Under the pieces are notes generated by a model. The model was not told where the DNA came from. It searched no databases and saw only the letters and a list, made by a program, of their open reading frames with translations. From a virus (taxonomy: Duplodnaviria > Caudoviricetes), in IMG/VR virus record IMGVR_UViG_2974506496_000001, positions 32,001 to 96,000 of that record: 64,000 nt of DNA. One strand, 5' to 3'. Position numbers and translations under genes: made by a program. Below are positions 39,228 through 47,919 of the stretch, piece by piece. Positions within the stretch are counted from its first letter, which is position 1, and each line of letters begins with the position of its first letter.

Positions 39228-40061
39228 ATGTCTGAGATAAAAGATAACCCGGATAACTGGAAAGTGATTCCGGGTTACTCACGTTATGAGATCAACGAAG
39301 TCGGCGTTGTAAGAAAGATACATAACAAGAAGGTGATGAAACAATGGCTGCGTGGTAATTATACCGCCACTGCTATCACTTCTGATAATAAGTCAACTAG
39401 TAGAATAGAATCTATTCATATTTTACTGTGCCTTACATTTATTGGTCCAAAGCCCTTACCTGAACCTGGGCACAAACTTGTTACCGCTAACCACAAGGAC
39501 GGTAACAAACTTAACAATGTGAGGTCTAATGTAGAATGGTTATCCAATTCTGGTAATATTCTGCATGCTTACAAGAACCGGCTAAATAAATCATCACAGC
39601 ACCTGCGTCTAACCAATGTGGTCTCTGGTGAAGTTGTCGACCTGCATTCTTACCGCGAATTATCCAAATGGATGGGTAATCCTAACCTGCGCGGAAGAAT
39701 GGAGTATCTGAAGTATCGTAACAAGCTTTATCAAGGCCAGTGGCGAATAGAACTTCTTGGCGAATCAGAGAAGTCTTCAGGGTCTCGTACCAGTAAACAA
39801 GTATGCGTAATGGATGTGGCTAAACGACTTGGATTGAGGGGTGGTGAGTTTGATACTTTCATCTTTAATTCCATGCATGATGCTGCAGCGGCATTAGGCG
39901 TAAGTCGCAAAGGTATTGGTCGGTCGATTAGTACCAAAGGACGCCATGTTGTAAATGGGTACGCTATATCGCTATCATTTGACGATATGACTAATATCAC
40001 TTATGACAAAGCGTATGTGGAGATTAGTCTTAAATGGGCGAAACTCAGGGGTAAGAAGTAA
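39228..40061 (+). mobile_element. free-standing NUMOD4-HNH homing endonuclease gene
   Basis: WK.IPGYSRYEIN..G.VR (NUMOD4); H.L....F, NHKDGNKLNN..SNVEW (HNH); visibly more AT-rich than nrdB. Confidence 0.9.
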
Positions 40062-40129
40062 GTTCTTATCTGGTCGGTCAGATCGACTCGAAAGTGGACG
40101 CCAACGATTTCGACGATTTCCAACTGTAA
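40061..40129 (+). pseudogene. nrdB: orphaned second copy of the nrdB 3' end
   Basis: Encodes [22 protein letters not shown] versus nrdB end [22 protein letters not shown]; no start codon. Confidence 0.9.
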
Positions 40130-40135
40130 CTGCTA

Positions 40136-40161
40136 GGCACCCATGCTTCGGTGTGGGTGCT
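40136..40161 (+). terminator. hairpin after orphan nrdB tail
   Basis: GGCACCCATGC-TTCG-GTGTGGGTGCT. Confidence 0.65.
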
Positions 40162-40177
40162 GTATAAAGGAGGATGT

Positions 40178-40774
40178 ATGGATGTAGGGCAACGCAATGT
40201 CCAGATCTCAGATCAGTATGAGATTATCGGCATGGCGGGCGTAAACTACCTGCCTTTAAAGAAGTCTTCCTCCGATACATACCGCGTGGTGTTGTGTCGG
40301 TTGGATGGGTTAGGGCGTGACAACACTAACTTGCATTATGACATCGATGATGCCTTCACTGACCACTACCGCTTTATCACCCAGCAACTCCCCTTTGCCG
40401 AATTTGATGGCAGGGATCGTGTCACCACACTCATGCAGAACTGGCAAGGCAAAGCAACCACCGAGATCATTGACAACATCTTTAGTTCAATTGATCCCGA
40501 CGCAGGCGCCTTTACGCTAGAAAGCATCAGTGTGGAAAACGGTTACCTTTATGGCGAGGTCAGATTAGCCAATAGCATTGTGGGAACGAATCTCTCCATG
40601 ATGCTGAACCATCCACGTCCCGATCAGGCGGCCATGATCTTTGGTGTTCGCTACCTGTCGGTCAATACCCGGCTTGACGGACTGCAATATGCTGATGTCA
40701 AGAAGATCTGTGCGTATGACGTGAATATCGTCAGCGAAACTGAATTAACCCAACGTCGTAACGGCGTGAAATAA
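40178..40774 (+). CDS. degenerate prohead-protease (S80-like) homologue
   Basis: AEF..ID..A..LESI.VE...YGEV...G..L..FGVR..AYDV; similar to 3775. Confidence 0.45.
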   Translation: MDVGQRNVQISDQYEIIGMAGVNYLPLKKSSSDTYRVVLCRLDGLGRDNTNLHYDIDDAFTDHYRFITQQLPFAEFDGRDRVTTLMQNWQGKATTEIIDNIFSSIDPDAGAFTLESISVENGYLYGEVRLANSIVGTNLSMMLNHPRPDQAAMIFGVRYLSVNTRLDGLQYADVKKICAYDVNIVSETELTQRRNGVK

Positions 40775-40808
40775 TGAACCGTTTAAAAGGTGCTGTGAGA
40801 ACCTATAA

Positions 40809-41426
40809 ATGAAAAGAACAAAAAATATAAAGCTTGATCGTTTTCGTAAGGCATGGAAATTTAAGAAGGTTACGCTGGCATTGATGGTGGTAACCGGATC
40901 GTTTTACCTGGTGGCGTGCGATGAGCCGCGTGATCAGCAAGTGCAGATGTATCAGAATGCGGATGACTGTAGTCGAGCTCGCCCGCAAGACAAGCAGCGC
41001 TGTTCTGATGCGTACAATAACGCTCTGCGTGAATCTGAACGTACCGCCCCGCGTTACGGATCGAAAGGAGATTGTGATGCCGAGTTTGGCTCTGACAATT
41101 GCTACCAATCCACGGCTCATAGCCCGACCTGGATGTCGTATATGGGCGGATACATGTACGGGCGCAACGGGAGTTACGCACAGCCGTTGTATTCCTCACG
41201 GGTAACGTCAAGTCCTGCCTATCACCGCTACGTCGATGCTGGCGGACGTAACTACGGCAGTGCTATCTCTGGACGCTCGATTAATACCACACGCAGCGCG
41301 TTAGCGCCCAAGCCTGTAGTCACTTCAACCATTACCCGTGGCGGGTTCGGTGCAAGCGTGGCACACATGAGTAGTTCTCATTCTTCGTCCAGTCACAGCA
41401 GTGGCGGACATTCATCTGGCGGTTAA
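40809..41426 (+). CDS. YgiB/DUF1190-like lipoprotein
   Basis: MKRTK.I...FRK, LVAC lipobox, YQNADDC, APRY....C.AEFG...C, TITRGGFG. Confidence 0.85.
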   Translation: MKRTKNIKLDRFRKAWKFKKVTLALMVVTGSFYLVACDEPRDQQVQMYQNADDCSRARPQDKQRCSDAYNNALRESERTAPRYGSKGDCDAEFGSDNCYQSTAHSPTWMSYMGGYMYGRNGSYAQPLYSSRVTSSPAYHRYVDAGGRNYGSAISGRSINTTRSALAPKPVVTSTITRGGFGASVAHMSSSHSSSSHSSGGHSSGG

Positions 41427-41435
41427 GGAACAGTA

Positions 41436-41957
41436 ATGCAAATCCCCGGTATGCCAACTTCATTTGAAGAGCTGTGCAGTATCATTGTTAAACTCGGGTT
41501 AGTTGATGCCTCGGTTGAAAAGACCACTGAGCTTTTGTGGCAGTCTGTCGAAGACCACGGCTACACCCATCGGTGGGACGACCCAGATCAAGAGATGACG
41601 TCAACAGAACGTTGGTTCAACCGCGCAGAAGAGTTGAAAATGACGTTCCATGGTGATGTTGTCGCCATGCTGGTTGATTGGTCTATTATGACGGGTCGTA
41701 TGGCTCAGTACCATAATGACATTGATTATCAGCAATATTATCGCAACTGGTTGGCTTCGCAGATCAGTGTTAAGCTACAACTCGATGAGGAAGGCGTCAC
41801 CGAAACGACCTTACATCCACCAACCTATCGCTATCTTCAAGGTGGCAAGATCTTTGTCATCAATGCAGCCACTTCTGGTAACGGTGGTGGCATCAACTAT
41901 TACACCATGTCATTAGAGGAGTATGTGAAGTACATTAAAACGCAACCGGCTATTTAA
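41436..41957 (+). CDS. hypothetical protein
   Basis: AAGGA SD. Confidence 0.75.
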   Translation: MQIPGMPTSFEELCSIIVKLGLVDASVEKTTELLWQSVEDHGYTHRWDDPDQEMTSTERWFNRAEELKMTFHGDVVAMLVDWSIMTGRMAQYHNDIDYQQYYRNWLASQISVKLQLDEEGVTETTLHPPTYRYLQGGKIFVINAATSGNGGGINYYTMSLEEYVKYIKTQPAI

Positions 41958-41990
41958 TGTAAGAGCCCGCTATCAGTAGGAGAGTTACGT

Positions 41991-42293
41991 ATGGCGAACA
42001 AAAGTGTTATCGGCGTGATCAAATACAGTCGGGTGGACAACAAAGACACCTGGACCGTCTACCAGCACGGTAAACACGTTGAGCTTTTCCAGAAAGCTTT
42101 CCAGCATCCCATCGAGGCGTTTAAGCTTCGGGATATTTCCAAAGTAGGTCGGCCTGAAGTCAGTCATGCCTCGGGCCATTATCCGATCGTTGATAACCCC
42201 AGTATCCGCGTCTTCTACGAAGATGGCAGTATCGGTGTGGGTGCGGGTGCGTTAATCAACATCATGTTGCAACAGTATCAATTAACGGAGTGA
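41991..42293 (+). CDS. hypothetical protein
   Basis: AGGAG SD. Confidence 0.7.
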   Translation: MANKSVIGVIKYSRVDNKDTWTVYQHGKHVELFQKAFQHPIEAFKLRDISKVGRPEVSHASGHYPIVDNPSIRVFYEDGSIGVGAGALINIMLQQYQLTE

Positions 42294-42297
42294 CATC

Positions 42298-42588
42298 ATG
42301 GGTAAAGTCAAAGAGATTTTGTATGGTCGCCGCGGTAGCACGGCCGGTGAGATTCTTAAGTTAGAATACATGGAGCCGTTAAACCTCACCGTCGATGAAA
42401 CAGCAAAGAAACTGAAAGTTGCAAAGTCTACCATCAGCCGGATTATTAATGGCCGTTGCCGCTTGAGCAAGCCCCTTGCCACCAAACTTGCCAAAGCGTT
42501 CGCCACTACGCCGGAATACTGGATGAACTTTGCTGACAACTGCACCAACCCCTATCCAAACTTGCGGGCCAAGGGCTGGTACAGATGA
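42298..42588 (+). CDS. higA: HigA-family antitoxin / XRE HTH protein
   Basis: GEIL..EY.EPL.L....A..L.V...TISRI.NG....LA..F.TTPEYW.N. Confidence 0.85.
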   Translation: MGKVKEILYGRRGSTAGEILKLEYMEPLNLTVDETAKKLKVAKSTISRIINGRCRLSKPLATKLAKAFATTPEYWMNFADNCTNPYPNLRAKGWYR

Positions 42589-42806
42589 ACATCGCCGAAC
42601 CCATCTATGAGGTGGAAGTCGGCAAAACGTATCTGTCACCTTCGGGCTTGCCATTCGAAGTGTTGTTCTTAGCCGCGCATGGTCAGGACTGCACGGTGCC
42701 GATGGTGGTATACCGCAACCTCACCCCGACGTACGACAAACCTGCAGGGCAGATCTGGACCACATCGGAGTCACTCTTTCTAACGCAATTCCGCGTGCCT
42801 GCGTGA
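42585..42806 (+). CDS. DUF1653-like protein
   Basis: Y....G..FEVL..A.H......MVVYR.L......W......F. Confidence 0.7.
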   Translation: MNIAEPIYEVEVGKTYLSPSGLPFEVLFLAAHGQDCTVPMVVYRNLTPTYDKPAGQIWTTSESLFLTQFRVPA

Positions 42807-42850
42807 TGCTATGGCGGTAACTGACCGTCCATCACTACAGAGGCAAGCGC

Positions 42851-43156
42851 ATGTCTACGAACGAGAACTTTCATGTATCCGATCAGGCGATTATCGATGC
42901 CATCCTGGAATACACCCGTAACGGGAAAGAACCAGCTGTAGTCAAGTACGACCCCGATGGCCCTGAAGCAGAACGCATGAGTCAGGAACATCGGATTGTC
43001 ACCTGGTTTCAAGACATCCGTACCATTGTTGACGCGGTATGTCAACGTCCAGGTTTCTCCGGGCTTAACGTGCTGAAGATCGCAACCCGTGCTATGGAAC
43101 AGGATATCATAGCACAGTCAGCGGGACCGGCATCGCCTATTAACCCTGAACTGTAG
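42851..43156 (+). CDS. hypothetical protein
   Basis: GAGG SD. Confidence 0.7.
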   Translation: MSTNENFHVSDQAIIDAILEYTRNGKEPAVVKYDPDGPEAERMSQEHRIVTWFQDIRTIVDAVCQRPGFSGLNVLKIATRAMEQDIIAQSAGPASPINPEL

Positions 43157-43177
43157 AAAATAAGAAGACTTTCACAC

Positions 43178-43435
43178 ATGCAATTAAAAGAACTGCTTAC
43201 CTGCATTCGCCCTGGTGACGTTATCACCAATACCGCCTGGCCACAGGGACGGACCTTTACCGTCTCAACGGAGTTCATGAAGTTTCATACCGGTCGTGGT
43301 ACGGATGTTCATGAACGCAATTCATGTCCAGATGGTGCGTGGCACGGTTGGTCGGTGGCAAACAAATATGCCACTGTCCTTAACCGTCGTGCAGTAGCGC
43401 AATCCCACAACCCGATCAAAGAGGACGTTTCATGA
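43178..43435 (+). CDS. hypothetical protein
   Basis: ORF in gene run. Confidence 0.65.
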   Translation: MQLKELLTCIRPGDVITNTAWPQGRTFTVSTEFMKFHTGRGTDVHERNSCPDGAWHGWSVANKYATVLNRRAVAQSHNPIKEDVS

Positions 43436-43833
43436 TTACCATTACGGACATGCACGATGAAGAAGGGTTCACTGACGAAAAGAAAGATGCGTTAGTGAAG
43501 CTTCTGCCAGAAGACAACAACGGTCTTGCACACACCTATCGTTTTACTGATGGTGCTGAAGAGAACCCGTTTGAAGGCTTCCTGATCATCGGCGCACCAA
43601 CGCTGGTTTATCACTTTATCCGCACCGGTAAGAATGACGCGGGTGAAGAGGAAGAGACCTATCTGGGCCAATACGTCCCAACGGTCGATGGTGGTGTAAT
43701 GCCAGAGAACGGTCTGGGGCAGAACCTGAGCGACAACGTGGGTACTCGCGTGGCAGAGTTCGAATCTGTTATCCGTAGCTTCCACCGTAAAGTGCTCGAG
43801 CGTCTGGGTCAGCCAGTCCCTGGCGCACGGTAA
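43432..43833 (+). CDS. hypothetical protein (paralog of 44850)
   Basis: Y.F.DG....F.GFL.I..P.L.Y...R...PEN shared. Confidence 0.75.
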   Translation: MITITDMHDEEGFTDEKKDALVKLLPEDNNGLAHTYRFTDGAEENPFEGFLIIGAPTLVYHFIRTGKNDAGEEEETYLGQYVPTVDGGVMPENGLGQNLSDNVGTRVAEFESVIRSFHRKVLERLGQPVPGAR

Positions 43834-43839
43834 GATGAC

Positions 43840-43869
43840 ACCCGGGGGTTCTCCCCGGGTTTTATGCCG
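43840..43869 (+). terminator. hairpin + TTTATGCCG element
   Basis: ACCCGGGGG/TCCCCGGGT. Confidence 0.8.
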
Positions 43870-43939
43870 TCTTTTTATTTTTTGTTACAGATTACATAGA
43901 TGGTACTTATTATACACCACTACTGAAAAGGAATACATC

Positions 43940-44845
43940 ATGTCTGAGCAAGCCGCTGTAAAACCGAAGAATTATACCAACCTGACTGTCACCATCGCCG
44001 GCAATGATCCGGTTGCTGCCACTGCTGTTGCCAGTGTGTTATCCACGTACCTGAACGAAAAGGGTCTGGCCGGTCGCCGTCTGGGTGAGAATGCTATCGC
44101 TCCTGACTTCGCCGTGCAATCTGTTGAAGGCCTGGCTGCTGACCAGAACAACAGTGTAAACGTTTCTGTTGACACCCTGACTATGGAATCCCTGCAGGGC
44201 AGAACGCAGGTTTGGGATTGGCCAACCTGGGGTGACAGCGAACAACCCTGGACCGCGCTGGTCGGTGACGAACTGCGTAACCTCTGGTCAACGTTATCCG
44301 GTGTGCAGAAACGCGCTATCTATAAAAGCCTGGCTGCACTGAACATCGTGGTGGAAGACGATGAGATGACTGAAGAGAAAGCACAGGAGATCATCAACAA
44401 CTCCGAAGTTTATGTTGATCTGCGTGATGTGCGTAACGACGGCAGTTATAACCGTGTGCTGATTGACGGCGCTGCGACCATTGAAGAACTCGACGCCATC
44501 AAGTTCATCTTCCAGACCGCGCGTGAAGGCAACCCGGTCACCCACGAAGACATCACACTGCAACAGCAGCAGGATGCCAGCAACGGCGCGCATGCAGCAC
44601 CTGAATTACCGGATGGTCGTGAGACACCAGAGCTGCCGGACACTCTCGAACCGCTGGCCAGTCCGGAATACAACCCGGAAGATTTAGAGCCGGGTACAGG
44701 CATTCCCGCGGTAAACCCAACCGACCCTTCGCTGGCACCACAAACCAAACAGCAGGCTGTGTCGTTTGACAACAGCGATAAAGCTACCCTGGCTGCTGCA
44801 CCTACTTCAGGAACCGTCCGTCCATCCGACGACATGGGAGACTAA
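43940..44845 (+). CDS. multi-domain hypothetical protein with acidic Pro-rich tail
   Basis: AAGGA SD before ATG 43940; PELPD repeated twice. Confidence 0.8.
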   Translation: MSEQAAVKPKNYTNLTVTIAGNDPVAATAVASVLSTYLNEKGLAGRRLGENAIAPDFAVQSVEGLAADQNNSVNVSVDTLTMESLQGRTQVWDWPTWGDSEQPWTALVGDELRNLWSTLSGVQKRAIYKSLAALNIVVEDDEMTEEKAQEIINNSEVYVDLRDVRNDGSYNRVLIDGAATIEELDAIKFIFQTAREGNPVTHEDITLQQQQDASNGAHAAPELPDGRETPELPDTLEPLASPEYNPEDLEPGTGIPAVNPTDPSLAPQTKQQAVSFDNSDKATLAAAPTSGTVRPSDDMGD

Positions 44846-44849
44846 GTCA

Positions 44850-45248
44850 ATGCTACCGAAGTCTGAACCAATCTCCATCTTCAGCGTCTCGAGTGTTCAA
44901 CTGACCGAAACGTCAGAAGCGCACTTTCGTAAAGAGCTGAACGAGGCAGATGCCATTCACTCTGTCTACGCCTTTAAAGATGGCTCGCAATTCGGTGCCC
45001 GCTTTAATGGCTTTCTGGTGATCACCGGCCCTATCCTGGCGTACCAGTTATTCCGGGGCAGTGAACTGGAGTCGTCTGAGTTCGTCGGCACCTTTATGTA
45101 CGGTGAAGGCGGGGAAGCGATCATCCCAGAGAACGTTAAAACGGTGTTCAGTCAATATGACCGTAACCGAGTGACCCAGTTTAAGGCATTAGCCCAAGCA
45201 CTGCACTCAGCGGTCACTGACCACATCAAAGGGGTACGGCGTGACTGA
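44850..45248 (+). CDS. hypothetical protein (paralog of 43432)
   Basis: See 43432. Confidence 0.75.
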   Translation: MLPKSEPISIFSVSSVQLTETSEAHFRKELNEADAIHSVYAFKDGSQFGARFNGFLVITGPILAYQLFRGSELESSEFVGTFMYGEGGEAIIPENVKTVFSQYDRNRVTQFKALAQALHSAVTDHIKGVRRD

Positions 45249-45945
45249 CATCACTTCAACACCAGAAGTAGCGACGGCCCTGCCGGCGTTTAAAGGGGTG
45301 TTGGGTGAACAGGTAAAAGGCTTCGGAGCAAGCCAGCTCACCGGCTGGCATATTGTGGTCGCTGATCCGACTGACCTGCCAAAGGGGGTGCAAGAAGGCC
45401 TCAGTGCTTTGGTGGGTCGCTCCAGCATCTTTACCTATCTCGGTGCCCGCTGGGTATTTGACGGCATCGGCACCGGTTACCTGCAACGCACCCGTATGGT
45501 CATTGACCCTGACACGGTTAACATCGAACAGATTGAAGACCGGTCTGCTCAACACGGTATCGTCCGGGGAAGTGAAGATCGTCGAGAGTGGAACCTGGGT
45601 AACTGGGTCGCACACCTCGGGGGTCGCATCAACCGGGATAGCTACCTGGAGTTCGGTAGTCTGTATGCATTAGATCAGATGATCAATCAGATGCATAAAT
45701 TGATGTTTCGCACCAAAGATGATGAGCTGAAGATTCACATCGTGGGCGGGTCACCTGATGATCAAAAAGTTATTGCCCTGCTGATTGGCGGTGTCTTGGA
45801 CGACTACGATGTCACCCCGAGCACCAGTCTTGGTAAACTCATTGAAGAGGCATCAGTTAATCCCCCTTCAATGGATAGCCTGAATGACACAGCGGATCAT
45901 TCGTTGCGTCTTAAAATTGAAATTAATATCGTGCCTCGTAACTGA
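45241..45945 (+). CDS. hypothetical protein
   Basis: GTG start, AGGGG SD. Confidence 0.75.
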   Translation: MTDITSTPEVATALPAFKGVLGEQVKGFGASQLTGWHIVVADPTDLPKGVQEGLSALVGRSSIFTYLGARWVFDGIGTGYLQRTRMVIDPDTVNIEQIEDRSAQHGIVRGSEDRREWNLGNWVAHLGGRINRDSYLEFGSLYALDQMINQMHKLMFRTKDDELKIHIVGGSPDDQKVIALLIGGVLDDYDVTPSTSLGKLIEEASVNPPSMDSLNDTADHSLRLKIEINIVPRN

Positions 45946-45974
45946 GGCCTTATTTCTCGTCGAAGGAAAAAGAG

Positions 45975-46622
45975 ATGGCTGACATTAACTATTACGAACT
46001 GATTCGCAACTGGGGTAAAGCCCGTAACATCATCGGTGGTGGCTCTACCCCGATCGATCAGTTCATCAAAGGCACTACGGAAGCGGCAGAGCTTTGGGCC
46101 AATGTGTTGGGTAAAGAACCCGCTAAGCTGAAAGATGACATCGGCGATACGCTGGTCTGTCTGACACAGTCTTACGGCATTGCTGGTAGTGTGGTAATTG
46201 AAGACGCAGCATCGCATGCTGACCAGTACCTGGCATCACTACGTAAAGATTACGAAGCCTACGGCGAATGGGCGCTGAAACGCTTTGCCCTGAAAGTGCT
46301 GCGCAGCATGTCTGACATCTCAACGCAGATTGAACACGCCCAGTTCGAAGCTGACCGCCATTGCCCGGACCGTCTGTCTGATGAAACTGCAGAGCTGGTA
46401 GCCGTCCTGACGGTGATTGCAGAGAACCAGGGCTGGACGCTGGAAGAGTGTCTGGAAGAAGCGTACAACGACATCAAAGACCGTAAAGGTGTAATGTTCA
46501 ACGGTGGCTTCGTAAAAGAAGCGAGCCTGTCAGTTGAGCGCGCACAAGAGATGCTGGCCTCGGGCACCGTCGGTGGCGTGGGTGCGGAATACCTGAACGG
46601 TTATATCAGCGCAAACAGCTAA
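45975..46622 (+). CDS. MazG-like NTP pyrophosphohydrolase
   Basis: W...RNI, Q..K...EAAEL, KDDIGD.LV, LEECL..AY.DIKDRKG...NG.FVKE. Confidence 0.85.
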   Translation: MADINYYELIRNWGKARNIIGGGSTPIDQFIKGTTEAAELWANVLGKEPAKLKDDIGDTLVCLTQSYGIAGSVVIEDAASHADQYLASLRKDYEAYGEWALKRFALKVLRSMSDISTQIEHAQFEADRHCPDRLSDETAELVAVLTVIAENQGWTLEECLEEAYNDIKDRKGVMFNGGFVKEASLSVERAQEMLASGTVGGVGAEYLNGYISANS

Positions 46623-46639
46623 CTGTAAATAAAGCTAAA

Positions 46640-46649
46640 CCTACATTAC
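46640..46649 (+). promoter_or_regulatory. putative early promoter CCTACATTAC abutting a terminator hairpin
   Basis: Recurrent motif. Confidence 0.65.
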
Positions 46650-46651
46650 CT

Positions 46652-46682
46652 AAGGGATAGTGAAAGCTATCCCTTTTATGCC
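46652..46682 (+). terminator. hairpin + TTATGCC element
   Basis: AAGGGATAG/CTATCCCTT. Confidence 0.8.
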
Positions 46683-46703
46683 AATTATAATTGAGGATTC
46701 AAA

Positions 46704-47084
46704 ATGAAACAGGTTGCTGCTAACGTAAATGTTCTTTCTGTTGATTATCGTTTCGGTGCTAAACAGATGGAGACCTATGCCAAGTTTATTACTGATGCGT
46801 TAACGGCGGGTCAGAAAGTCTTTATCTATGCGGATAAAGAAGCGCGGGCGAAAGTAAATGAACTCTTCCCTAAAGTCCTCGGCCAGGAGGTGATGGAGAA
46901 GGTACTTGTTCGTGCGTACCCTATTAGTGAACTGACTGCGGTTAACGTCGGGCGGGGGATGTCCAACATGTCGGCTATCTTCATCAGCGAAACCGGGCGT
47001 TATACCGATCTGATCACGAAAACGTTTTCAGTCGTCACCGGTCATGACGCACTGATTGTTGAATGCAGCGAAGTGGTGGCGTGA
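46704..47084 (+). CDS. hypothetical protein
   Basis: GAGG SD. Confidence 0.75.
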   Translation: MKQVAANVNVLSVDYRFGAKQMETYAKFITDALTAGQKVFIYADKEARAKVNELFPKVLGQEVMEKVLVRAYPISELTAVNVGRGMSNMSAIFISETGRYTDLITKTFSVVTGHDALIVECSEVVA

Positions 47085-47434
47085 TGTCAAAGGCTAAAGC
47101 AGTCTGGGATGACCTCTCATACACCCTGCTCATTCTGGGCGCGTGGCTTCTGTATATTGTCTTTGTTGGCTGGTGCGCTTATTTCTTCCCAGAGAAAACT
47201 ATCATCAAGAACGATGAGGATTTGCTGGCGTACCAGGAAGGCGATGGGCGTTTCAATCGGTTTGTTAACGAAGCATTAGAAACGGTGATTGCTGACACGG
47301 AATGTTTATACCCCATCACAATCACTAAACGCGGGCATTGGTTCTTTGCCGCAGATATGTTTACTGTTCAGAATGCCAAATGCATAAGTCAGGTTGGTCT
47401 CAATAATAACGTGACGACTACCCCGATCATTTAA
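47084..47434 (+). CDS. membrane-anchored hypothetical protein
   Basis: TGATG coupling; N-terminal TM. Confidence 0.7.
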   Translation: MSKAKAVWDDLSYTLLILGAWLLYIVFVGWCAYFFPEKTIIKNDEDLLAYQEGDGRFNRFVNEALETVIADTECLYPITITKRGHWFFAADMFTVQNAKCISQVGLNNNVTTTPII

Positions 47435-47491
47435 CCCTCAAGGGAGGTAATTCCTCCCTATCACTCATTAACCTACTTGTGGAGATTTGCC

Positions 47492-47908
47492 ATGACAACG
47501 TCGCGTACTGACTTGATTACTAGCCGGATCAAAGAAGCATTAAATGGGGTCCGGGTACAAACCAGTGAGCTGTATCATGAATCGACTGATGTCGCATCGT
47601 TCGGTGCGGTAAAAACGGTGATGTTCTTTTGGAATGTAGCTGACAATGATTTAACTGCTGAGATGGTTGAGCGTGAAATCCTGGTCCGACTACAGACCGA
47701 GAACATTTACGTGGCCTTTCACAAAACCCGCCGGCGTGAAGGGGAGCGCTTAATCGCGGCCAGCATTGCCTGTAATCCGAATAACCCGAATTACACCTAC
47801 GGCAACCTGCGGGGCTTCACCCAGATGTGGCTACAGAAAAGCTTTGGGGCAACGAAAGAACGTCTGCAGCAAAAGCAACGTGACAGCAATTTGTTTATTC
47901 GTCGTTAA
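47492..47908 (+). CDS. hypothetical protein
   Basis: GGAG SD. Confidence 0.7.
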   Translation: MTTSRTDLITSRIKEALNGVRVQTSELYHESTDVASFGAVKTVMFFWNVADNDLTAEMVEREILVRLQTENIYVAFHKTRRREGERLIAASIACNPNNPNYTYGNLRGFTQMWLQKSFGATKERLQQKQRDSNLFIRR

Positions 47909-47919
47909 TTAAGGAACGC

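Noticed and set aside
39105-40129. Group I intron in nrdB
   Set aside because: Only 57 nt separate the nrdB stop from the HNH start, and the second tail starts at the HNH stop, leaving no room for a ribozyme core. nrdB is complete without splicing.
41991-42293. HigB toxin upstream of HigA
   Set aside because: Size and position fit, but the LH.L.G and W.I.F motifs are not recognisable. Left hypothetical pending a profile search.
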